A DNA stretch of 64,000 nucleotides from Bacteroidota bacterium (GTDB taxonomy: Bacteria; Bacteroidota; Ignavibacteria; UBA10030; UBA6906), in NCBI GenBank assembly GCA_031402435.1, contig JANNSJ010000015.1:132288-196287 (forward strand). The letters run 5' to 3'. Shown here in pieces: positions 1 to 7,606 of this stretch (its first letter is position 1; each line of letters opens with the position of its first letter). A program made the position numbers and the translations under genes. Below the pieces are notes generated by a model, which worked only from the letters and a program-made list of their open reading frames with translations, was not told the origin of the DNA and did no database searches.

Positions 1-93
1 AGGGAAACGAGTATTACCAAGCTATTGAAGGCAAGGGCACACAGGCTCGCGTTGGCAAACCAACGGAAATGACATGACCATTGAGGTGATTCA

Positions 94-1902
94 ATGCGAC
101 TAAAAACCTACTGCGTTCTCATAGTTCTGTTAATTGCATTCTCATGCAAAAAGGACGACCCAACTCAACCCGTTGTTCCAACCTTTCCACAAGTCCACAT
201 CGTTAGCCCAATCAACAATAGTTCAATTGGTGGGGGTCTTGTACCCGTACTTGTTGAAGCGACTGATGATAATGGCGTGGCAAAAGTTGAGGTGTATGTT
301 GACAGCCAGCTCGACACTACGTTGGCTGTCCCGCCATACAGATATCTTTGGGACACAGGAATCTACCCTGACAGCAGCCGCCATGCGATGTTTGCCAAGG
401 CATATGACACCGACAACAATGTAACGGGGTCTACTGTTGTAGTGACCACGGTGTACACTCTGCGTCCTTCGAACCTTCAAGTGACGACAGCAACTGATAC
501 GTCCGTGACTCTGCAATGGAGCGACAATTCGAGAGTCGAAACAGGATACGAGATAGAACAAAGTGGGAACAATGGACCCTTTACGAGGGTGAAACAGGTT
601 GCGGCGAACACGATTACTGCTTTCGTTGCTGATACCTTTGATGTTGGAACCACATACAGATTCCGATTACGAGCGGTGAAAGATTCAACTGTAAGTGGCT
701 ATTCGAACGAGCCATCTTTCACATTACAGTTCCTGGCCCCAAGCAACTTAAATGTCACCTCACTTAGCGGCGGTGAAGTGAGATTGTCGTGGGTAGATAA
801 TTCAGCATTCGAAACTCGATTCCTTGTTGACCGTGCAGTGAATGGCGGCCAATACGTAACAATAGCCGCTCTGCCTGCCGATGCAGTCACTTTCAACAAT
901 ACTTCTCTCGATACGAACAATACACTTTCATATAGAATTAAGGCAGAATCAAGACATAACTCTTCATACAGCAACACAATCTCAATAAGATACTTTCCCT
1001 ACTATGACATCAGAACGCTGATTGGGGGCACCTACTCTGTCAATTCGGTTGCCTTTAGTCCAGACGGTAACACGATTGCAAGTGGGAGCTACGACCAAAA
1101 CATCAAGCTCTGGCGGGTAAGCGACGGTACTCTCCTCAGAACTCTGGCAGGACATACCAGCAGTGTCAATTCGGTTACCTTTAGCCCAAACGGTAACACG
1201 GTTGCAAGCGGAAGCTTTGATAACAGTATCAAGATCTGGCAGGTAAGCGACGGCACTTTGATCAGGACACTGACAGGGCACACTAGCAGTGTCAGATCCG
1301 TTACCTTCAGCCCAGACGGTGCCATGCTTGCAAGTGGGAGCTACGACCACAGCATCAAGCTCTGGCGGGTAAGCGACGGGACTCTACTTAGGACGCTGAT
1401 TGGAGATGCCAACGGTGTCTATTCGGTTGCCTTTAGCCCAGACGGTAACACGGTTGCAAGTGGTGGCGATGATAGCAGCATCAAGTTCTGGCGGGTAAGC
1501 GACGGTGCTCTGCTCAGAACACTGACAGGACACACCGCCCTTGTCAATTCGGTTGCCTTTAGTCCAGATGGGAACACGATTGCAAGTGGAAGCGCTGATA
1601 ACAGGATCAAGTTATGGCGGGTAGGCGACGGCGCTCTGCTCAGAACACTGCCAGGGGGGGCCGCCTACACTGTCAATTCGGTTGCCTTTGGTCCGGTCGG
1701 TAACATATTTGCAAGTGGTAGCGTTGACACCAGACTCTGGTGGCTGAGCGACGGGACTCTGCTCAGGACACAGCCAGGTGGTACCTACGGCGTCAGTTCG
1801 GTTGCTTTTAGTCCAGACGGTTATACGTTTGCAAGTGGGGGTGTCCAGAACGGCATCAAACTCTGGCAATCAGCAGGCAGCATCTGGCAGGTTGTACCAT
1901 GA
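94..1902 (+). CDS. Lipoprotein-signal protein with Ig-like/FN3 domains followed by ~7 canonical WD40 repeats
   Basis: 602-aa ORF. N-terminal signal with lipobox-like AFSC. Repeated units GHTSSVNSVTFSPDGNTVASGSYDxSIKLWRVSDGTLLRTL typical of WD40 (GH...WD-like spacing, 42 aa). Upstream FN3-like beta-rich segments (LQWSDNS, LSWVDNS). Confidence 0.8.
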   Translation: MRLKTYCVLIVLLIAFSCKKDDPTQPVVPTFPQVHIVSPINNSSIGGGLVPVLVEATDDNGVAKVEVYVDSQLDTTLAVPPYRYLWDTGIYPDSSRHAMFAKAYDTDNNVTGSTVVVTTVYTLRPSNLQVTTATDTSVTLQWSDNSRVETGYEIEQSGNNGPFTRVKQVAANTITAFVADTFDVGTTYRFRLRAVKDSTVSGYSNEPSFTLQFLAPSNLNVTSLSGGEVRLSWVDNSAFETRFLVDRAVNGGQYVTIAALPADAVTFNNTSLDTNNTLSYRIKAESRHNSSYSNTISIRYFPYYDIRTLIGGTYSVNSVAFSPDGNTIASGSYDQNIKLWRVSDGTLLRTLAGHTSSVNSVTFSPNGNTVASGSFDNSIKIWQVSDGTLIRTLTGHTSSVRSVTFSPDGAMLASGSYDHSIKLWRVSDGTLLRTLIGDANGVYSVAFSPDGNTVASGGDDSSIKFWRVSDGALLRTLTGHTALVNSVAFSPDGNTIASGSADNRIKLWRVGDGALLRTLPGGAAYTVNSVAFGPVGNIFASGSVDTRLWWLSDGTLLRTQPGGTYGVSSVAFSPDGYTFASGGVQNGIKLWQSAGSIWQVVP

Positions 1903-2070
1903 ACGTTGGGTAGAGCGCGAATTCTCAGAAGCGTTGACATTCCGAGCCGTTATTTCTATATTGTTCAGGCAATAAAGCAAGAATGGATCTGTAGCTTAAA
2001 TTGGCAGCACACCCTGTCGGCCATCCGGCCTCTCAAACGAAAAAGCACGAACATCGATGGACTTTCAAGA

Positions 2071-2799
2071 ATGAAGATTATCCGACCAGCAATCCGAGGA
2101 GTATTCAAGTCCTTTGGCTATGAGGTTGTCAAACTTGCACGATTCCATCAATCTCTCGGAACGCCTAACGACCTTCAGAATACTGAGATTATTAACCGTA
2201 CGTCGGACTATACGATGACACCCCCCGAATCGATACACAATCTTCTGAAGGGGGTTGAGTATGTTGTGGAGAATCATATTCCTGGCGCTATCGTAGAATG
2301 TGGGGTATGGAGGGGCGGGTCAATGATGGCGGTTGCAATGAAATTGAGTGAGATGAAGGTAGACAGGCCCATTTTTCTGTACGATACCTTTGCCGGCATG
2401 TCAAAACCTACCGGTGACGATGTAAATGCGAACGGCATGGTGGCGGATGATGTTCTTAAGGAAGTCGTAAACCATACGGCGGCGGGCATTGATCTCGTGA
2501 AGGGAAATATGAACTCAACCGGATACAAGAATGTTCGTTACGTTGAAGGTGACGTGGTAGAAACACTACGATCAACGAAACCGGACAATATAGCGATTCT
2601 CAGACTCGACACGGATTGGTACGAAAGTACAAAGGCAGAGCTTGAGCATCTCTATCCGTTGCTTTCTCCAGGTGGAATACTGATTGTTGACGACTATGGC
2701 GGATGGCTTGGAGCAAGGAAGGCAACAGATGAATTCTTCAAGGGAAAGAAGATGCTTACAAGGTTTGCCAGTAACGGCGGAGTAATGGCGATAAAGTAA
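2071..2799 (+). CDS. TylF/MycF-family (macrocin-type) class I SAM-dependent O-methyltransferase
   Basis: ORF 1906..2799; likely start at MKIIRP (ATG 2071). Motifs GAIVECGVWRGGSMMA, LYDTFAGM, LRLDTDWYESTKAELEHLYPLLSPGGILIVDDYGGW match TylF family signatures. Confidence 0.7.
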   Translation: MKIIRPAIRGVFKSFGYEVVKLARFHQSLGTPNDLQNTEIINRTSDYTMTPPESIHNLLKGVEYVVENHIPGAIVECGVWRGGSMMAVAMKLSEMKVDRPIFLYDTFAGMSKPTGDDVNANGMVADDVLKEVVNHTAAGIDLVKGNMNSTGYKNVRYVEGDVVETLRSTKPDNIAILRLDTDWYESTKAELEHLYPLLSPGGILIVDDYGGWLGARKATDEFFKGKKMLTRFASNGGVMAIK

Positions 2800-2817
2800 T
2801 TGTACAGTAGTTAACAT

Positions 2818-2890
2818 GGGGCTGTAGCTCAGCTGGGAGAGCGCGTGAATGGCATTCACGAGGCCAGGGGTTCGATCCCCCTCAGCTCCA
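2818..2890 (+). tRNA. tRNA-Ala (anticodon GGC)
   Basis: Cloverleaf GGGGCTG-TA-GCTC..GAGC-G-CGTGA-ATGGCAT-TCACG-..-TTCGATC-..-CAGCTCC-A. G3:U70 wobble pair, the alanine identity element. CCA not encoded (followed by CAA). Confidence 0.85.
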
Positions 2891-3073
2891 CAAAAGGGAA
2901 CCAAGAGGTTCCCTTTTCTATTCATCCGCCGCACGCCGAGGTCAAAACACGACGCTCCGTGGAATGCTTTGCTCCTCACTCAAATCACCCAATCACCCCT
3001 GTTTGGAAATCAGCATGGAAATTGGTTAATTCATGCTGAAACATTTGCTTTGTCCCATTTCCTCTCGTTCTCC

Positions 3074-4399
3074 ATGGATCCGTTCTGGATCGAAGCAATC
3101 GGCGTACTCTTTCTCATCATCCTTATCGGGCTATTCTCGGCGTGCGAGGTGGCGGTCGTCTCGACGCGCAAGAGCCGCATGAAGGAACTGGCAGACGAGG
3201 GGAACCGCAGCGCCGCCATTGTCCTCCAATTCCAGAACAACCCCGAGCAGTTCCTTGCAACAATCCACGTGGGGGTGGTGTCATTCATGACTCTTGCCTC
3301 TGGGCTGGCCGGCATCATGGGGTTCCAGCACCTTGCACCGGCGCTGCAAGCGAGTGAGACACTATGGATCAGTGAGGGGAGCGGGTGGATCTCGCTGGTG
3401 ATCATGGTTGTCGGCATTGGCTCTCTGGTTGTGGTGCTTGGAGAGCTGGTTCCCAAGTCACTTGCGCTCCGCTTTGCCGAACCCGTGGCTCTTCGCGTTG
3501 CCTCGCCGCTCTCGCTGTTTGCCGCCGTCTTCCGTTATCCCGTCAAACTGCTCACGATGGCGAGCAACCTGTTCCTGATGCCGTTCAAGGACAGGACGTC
3601 GTTCATGGAATCGAGGATCTCCGAAGAGGAACTCAAGCTGATTCTCGTGGAGGGGACGAAGACCGGCGTCATCGACAAGACCGAGCATGAACTGATCGAG
3701 AGCATCTTCGAGTTCACCGATACGACGGCGAAGGAAGTCATGATTCCGCGTCCGGATGTTGTTGCCATCAACATCGATACGCCGCGGGATAAGGTGATCA
3801 AGATCGTGCTCGAAGAGGGCTACTCACGCATGCCGGTCTACAAGGATACGATCGATAATATTCTCGGTGTGGTGTACACCAAGGACCTGCTCGGACTGCT
3901 CGAATACCGCGATCTTATTATTATTCAGGATGTGATTCGTCCGGCGTACTTCATTCCCGAGACCAAGAAGATCAGCAAGCTCATGCGTGAGTTGCAGCAG
4001 AAGAAGCTGCACATGGCCATCATCATTGATGAGTTCGGCGGGACGGAAGGCATTGTGACCATGGAGGACATCCTCGAAGAGATCGTGGGGGAAATCCACG
4101 ATGAGTACGATGAAGTGCTGAAGGACGTGGAGTCCTCCGCTGATGGTTCGTTCCTTGTGAACGCCAGGATTTCCGTGAGCGACTTCAATGAGCGCTTTCA
4201 CACCTCCATCCCCGAAGCGGATGAGTACGACACACTCAGTGGTTACCTCAACAAGCTCTCCGGCCGCATCCCCGACCTCAACGAAGAACTCAAGACCGAG
4301 TCCCTTTCGTTCACCATTGTCAAGAAGAGCCAGCGCCGCATCCGGCTGGTGAAGGTGAAGAAGCTGACGGCGGTGGCGGTTCCGACGAGGCAGGGGTAG
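3074..4399 (+). CDS. CorC/HlyC (TlyC/CNNM) family membrane protein: DUF21 transmembrane domain + CBS pair + CorC_HlyC transporter-associated domain
   Basis: True start almost certainly MDPFWIEAIGVLFLII at 3074. The upstream part of ORF 2849..4399 reads through the tRNA-Ala. TM-rich N-terminus, CBS-like segments (VMIPRPDVVAI..., MAIIIDEFGGTEGIVTMEDILEEIVGEI), C-terminal FTIVKKSQRRIRLVKVKKL typical of CorC_HlyC. Confidence 0.85.
   Translation: MDPFWIEAIGVLFLIILIGLFSACEVAVVSTRKSRMKELADEGNRSAAIVLQFQNNPEQFLATIHVGVVSFMTLASGLAGIMGFQHLAPALQASETLWISEGSGWISLVIMVVGIGSLVVVLGELVPKSLALRFAEPVALRVASPLSLFAAVFRYPVKLLTMASNLFLMPFKDRTSFMESRISEEELKLILVEGTKTGVIDKTEHELIESIFEFTDTTAKEVMIPRPDVVAINIDTPRDKVIKIVLEEGYSRMPVYKDTIDNILGVVYTKDLLGLLEYRDLIIIQDVIRPAYFIPETKKISKLMRELQQKKLHMAIIIDEFGGTEGIVTMEDILEEIVGEIHDEYDEVLKDVESSADGSFLVNARISVSDFNERFHTSIPEADEYDTLSGYLNKLSGRIPDLNEELKTESLSFTIVKKSQRRIRLVKVKKLTAVAVPTRQG
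4306..4393 (+). repeat. Direct repeat copy 1 (native 3' end of the corC-family gene); further copies at 5180..5270 and 6282..6346
   Basis: ttcgttcaccattgtcaagaagagccagcgccgcatccggctggtgaaggtgaagaagctgacggcggtggcggttccgacgaggcag recurs ~90% identical at 5180-5270 and, 5'-truncated, at 6282-6346. Confidence 0.9.
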
Positions 4400-4513
4400 G
4401 TTGGAACAACAACGACATTCATGGAGTGAACACAGTAGTTATGCGGCATTGGTTTGCAAAGTAAATGAAAATCGGGGGAGTGAAAAAGGCGAGAATCTAT
4501 CGGAGGATGAAGG

Positions 4514-4798
4514 TCACTCGTAATGCGTCCACATTCGAATGACTTTAACGATTCGCTGCTCAGGAAGGATCTGGTAGACGAGTCGATGCTGAATGTTTAT
4601 CCGTCGAGAGTATGCACCAGCCAAATCTCCGACTAGCTTTTCATATGGAGGGGGTGTCTGAAAAGGACTGAGTTCGAGAACTTTGAGGAGCCGTTCAGCT
4701 TTTGGTTTTAGTCCTGTTGAAGCTAATTTCTTAGAGTCTTTCTGAGCTTGTTTTGTGAAAACAACAGTCCATCTCACCAAGGAAGCTCCGGTGAACAT
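4514..4798 (-). CDS. yoeB: YoeB/Txe-family type II toxin (RelE/ParE superfamily mRNA interferase)
   Basis: C-terminal half ...AYSRRINIQHRLVYQILPEQRIVKVIRMWTHYE aligns with E. coli YoeB (...WSRRITEEHRLVYAV...CRYHY). True start may be an internal GTG near 4777, abutting the antitoxin stop. Confidence 0.75.
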   Translation of the reverse strand: MFTGASLVRWTVVFTKQAQKDSKKLASTGLKPKAERLLKVLELSPFQTPPPYEKLVGDLAGAYSRRINIQHRLVYQILPEQRIVKVIRMWTHYE

Positions 4799-5010
4799 TT
4801 CTCAACAGGTGTTTTCAGTCCTCGTCGAATCGACTCGCGCATCTTGGGGATCGAAAGCAAATACAAGGTCTCTTGAATTGCACGCCAATCATCAAGTGAG
4901 AGGAGAACCCCTTTGTTTTTCTTCCCGATGATATGGACAGGCTCATGAGACTTTTCAGACTCGTCAAGAAGTCTCGAAAGGTTGGCTCGTGCTGCTGATA
5001 CTGTTTTCAT
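4774..5010 (-). CDS. yefM: YefM/Phd-family antitoxin
   Basis: MKTVSAARANLSRLLDESEKSHEPVHIIGKKNKGVLLSLDDWRAIQETLYLL matches the YefM pattern (SxSEARxNL....PVxIT..G..AVLLS.EEY..L.ET.YLL). Immediately upstream of and overlapping yoeB. ORF-track start 5040 is probably an N-terminal extension. Confidence 0.7.
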   Translation of the reverse strand: MKTVSAARANLSRLLDESEKSHEPVHIIGKKNKGVLLSLDDWRAIQETLYLLSIPKMRESIRRGLKTPVEKCSPELPW

Positions 5011-5314
5011 TAAATTCACCTTATTTGTTTCTATCTTCAAGATAGCTGTTTCTCAGAAGACTGTCAACGAGTTTCAATATCACGACGAAGGCAAACCAAC
5101 GCCGTATGACAACTGCAACAGCGACACTCACATTGTTTGGCAAGGCTATGTTGAACCGCAGTTTGCTCTAAGAATTGAGTTCGTTCACCATTGTCAAGAA
5201 GAGCCAGCGCCGCATCCGGTTGGCGAAGGTGAAGAAGCTGACGGCGGTTGCGGTGCCCACGAGGCAGACATAACCATTGAGACTAATCCTGGAGGGTGAG
5301 ACATAAAAGCAATT

Positions 5315-6283
5315 GTGTATGAAAGATATGGGCCGCCCGATGTTCTTCAATTGAAGGAGGTCGAAAAGCCCACGCCCAAAGACAATGAAGTCCTGATAAA
5401 AATACACGCGACAACGGTAACATCAGGGGACTGGAGGGTACGAAGTCTCAATGTGCCTGCCGGGTTCAGACTAATGTCGCGTCTGTTTTTTGGAGTCTCA
5501 AAACCAAAGCAGCCCATCCTCGGAACGGAACTCGCCGGTGAAATTGAGTCGGTCGGCAAGGACGTAAGCAAATTCAAAGTTGGTGACAAGGTGTTTGCAT
5601 TCAACGATGTGGGCATGGGTTGTTATGCGGAGTATAAATGCATGCCGGAAGCCGGAGCGGTGGCACTCAAGCCGCCCAATCTCACCTACGATGAAGCTGC
5701 CGCATTGTCGTTTGGTGGAACAACGGCGTTGAGTTTCTTCAAAAGAGGAAAACTTCAGAGCGGGGAAAAGGTGCTCGTCAATGGCGCTTCAGGCGGAGTA
5801 GGCACCGCTGCGGTACAGCTTGCCAAACACTTCGGGGCAGAGGTGACCGGAGTGTGCAGTACAACGAACATGGAATTGGTAAAATCGCTGGGTGCCAGTC
5901 ATGTCATTGACTATACCAAAGAGGACTTCACGCAGAATGGTGAAACGTATGGCGTCATTGTCGACACTGCCGGCACGGCGCCGTTCTCACGTTGCAAAGA
6001 TTCGCTAAAGCAAGGCGGGCGCCTTCTTCAAGTATTAGGCGGACTGCCGGACCTGCTTCAGGTTCCTTGGGTGTCGCTCACGAGCAGTAAGAAAGTGATC
6101 GCCGGGCCGGCACCGGGGCGTGCAGAGGATTTGCTTTTCCTTGCGAAGCTGGTTGAGGCGGGAGAATTCAAACCGGTCATTGACCGGTGCTATCCATTCG
6201 AGCAGATCGCTGAGGCTCACCGCTACGTTGATACCGGACGCAAGAGAGGAAATGTTATCATAACTCTGGGGCGTGATGGCTAG
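5315..6283 (+). CDS. Medium-chain dehydrogenase/reductase (zinc-binding ADH / NADPH:quinone oxidoreductase family)
   Basis: 322 aa. GroES-like N-domain (VLIKIHATTVTSGDWRV) and Rossmann motif NGASGGVGTAAVQLAK. Stop codon abuts repeat copy 3. Confidence 0.8.
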   Translation: MYERYGPPDVLQLKEVEKPTPKDNEVLIKIHATTVTSGDWRVRSLNVPAGFRLMSRLFFGVSKPKQPILGTELAGEIESVGKDVSKFKVGDKVFAFNDVGMGCYAEYKCMPEAGAVALKPPNLTYDEAAALSFGGTTALSFFKRGKLQSGEKVLVNGASGGVGTAAVQLAKHFGAEVTGVCSTTNMELVKSLGASHVIDYTKEDFTQNGETYGVIVDTAGTAPFSRCKDSLKQGGRLLQVLGGLPDLLQVPWVSLTSSKKVIAGPAPGRAEDLLFLAKLVEAGEFKPVIDRCYPFEQIAEAHRYVDTGRKRGNVIITLGRDG

Positions 6284-6430
6284 CGCCGCATCTGGCTGGT
6301 GAAGGTGAAGAAGCTGACGGTAGTGGCGGTGCCGACGAGGCAGACAAGTTGAAACAACGACATAATGTCGGCTATCCACCTATGATGGGCTGAACAACGA
6401 CACTCATATCGTATCAGAGGGATCTGTGAT

Positions 6431-7420
6431 ATGGCAACCGAAATCAAGACTTGGCAGATAGTAAACGGTAAGCTCACGGTGGTGAACTCTTCTCTGCCTG
6501 AGAACAATCGCAAAGAGAGGGAAGACCTTGAACGATGGATAAAGAGCAATCCCGAGATTCTCGGGGAAGACATCGCCGTATTTGGTGAGCAAATTCAAAC
6601 CAAATCTGGTCCACTGGACTTCCTCGGAATTGATAACAATGGCAATCTTGTCATCGTTGAACTGAAGCGTGACCACCTTCCGAGAGAGGTTCTCGCACAA
6701 GCCATAGACTACGCATCTGATGTTTCAACGTGGGAGATTGATAAGCTTGGTGAAATCTGTCAAGCATTCACTGGTCAGAACCTTGAAGACTTCTTTGCCC
6801 AAAAGTTTCCAGATACGTCTATCGAGGAATTGGTAATCAATCAAGCCCAACGACTTCTCCTTGTCGGGTTCTCAATTGAAGAATCTCTGAACCGAATGAT
6901 CGAGTGGCTTTCATCCAAATACAGCATTGGCATCAACGCTATCATTCTCAAGTATGTCAAGACATCGAACGGGGACGAGCTTCTTTCCCGCACAGTTATC
7001 ATCCCCGAAGAAGTTGAGCGAGAGAAGACAAACAAGAAGAAGTTTGTAATCGCAAAGTCAAACGAGCCTGGGAACTATGATGAAGCAACGGTGAAGGAGA
7101 AGCTGACTCAATACTTATCCCTGGATATGTATTCCGCCAAACGAATTAGAGACTACGTTCTTCCGATTCTACTCAAGAACGAGGTAACGACGAGAGAGGA
7201 AATGCGGAAAGAGTTTATTAAGATGGGCGGCGCAACCGAAAGTCAGGCGGGGTATTTTCTGGCTCTCATTTCCAGTCAACTTGGTTTCAAGTGGAACGAT
7301 TTTCTCAGGCAAGTAATCAAATATGAATTCCCGAACAACGAGTGGGAGAAAGACAACTTCACTATCCGAACAGAGTACCGTGACCTTGTCAAACAAGTCT
7401 TGAAGAATCTTGGAAAATAG
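6431..7420 (+). CDS. PD-(D/E)xK nuclease-superfamily protein (NucS/DUF91/Shedu-like restriction-endonuclease fold) with uncharacterised helical C-terminal domain
   Basis: N-terminal region DLERWIKSNPEILGEDIAVFGEQIQTKSGPLDFLGIDNNGNLVIVELKRD carries the D...(D/E)xK arrangement (D-x-n-ELK) typical of NucS-like/restriction-endonuclease-like domains. Confidence 0.6.
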   Translation: MATEIKTWQIVNGKLTVVNSSLPENNRKEREDLERWIKSNPEILGEDIAVFGEQIQTKSGPLDFLGIDNNGNLVIVELKRDHLPREVLAQAIDYASDVSTWEIDKLGEICQAFTGQNLEDFFAQKFPDTSIEELVINQAQRLLLVGFSIEESLNRMIEWLSSKYSIGINAIILKYVKTSNGDELLSRTVIIPEEVEREKTNKKKFVIAKSNEPGNYDEATVKEKLTQYLSLDMYSAKRIRDYVLPILLKNEVTTREEMRKEFIKMGGATESQAGYFLALISSQLGFKWNDFLRQVIKYEFPNNEWEKDNFTIRTEYRDLVKQVLKNLGK

Positions 7421-7606
7421 ACCGTGCCCAACAGCGACAAACTGCGTCGCCACTCAATTTGCAAGGCTCGGCCAAAACATGTTGGAGCAAGCTCAGAAAG
7501 AGTTTGCTTCACACAGCACTCCATTGTAAAGAGCGCGGAGTGCGGCTGCCGTAGTTTGCGGCACGCATCCTGCTCAACTGCTTTTCATAATAGAAAGATT
7601 GCTCGA

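Noticed and set aside
982-1869. Several minus-strand ORFs (982..1350, 1089..1325, 1419..1610, 1612..1869) inside the WD40 gene
   Set aside because: They are antisense frames of a repetitive coding sequence. They mirror the repeat structure and have no start or SD context. The plus-strand frame has coherent WD40 and FN3 architecture.
1000-1900. 126-nt tandem DNA repeats considered as a possible CRISPR-like array
   Set aside because: The period equals one WD40 blade, the repeats are in-frame coding sequence, and there are no unique spacers.
2572-3073. Minus-strand ORF 2572..2979 and the N-terminal 75 codons of plus ORF 2849..4399
   Set aside because: Both read through the tRNA-Ala gene (2818-2890). 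The CorC-family protein alignment starts at MDPFW (3074).
4982-5299. Plus-strand ORF 4982..5299 (105 aa) and minus ORFs 4243..4449, 5168..5407, 6280..6573
   Set aside because: They are translations, in shifted or antisense frames, of the corC-end repeat copies and adjacent intergenic DNA. The shared peptide VCLVGTATAVSFFTF is simply the antisense of the repeat.
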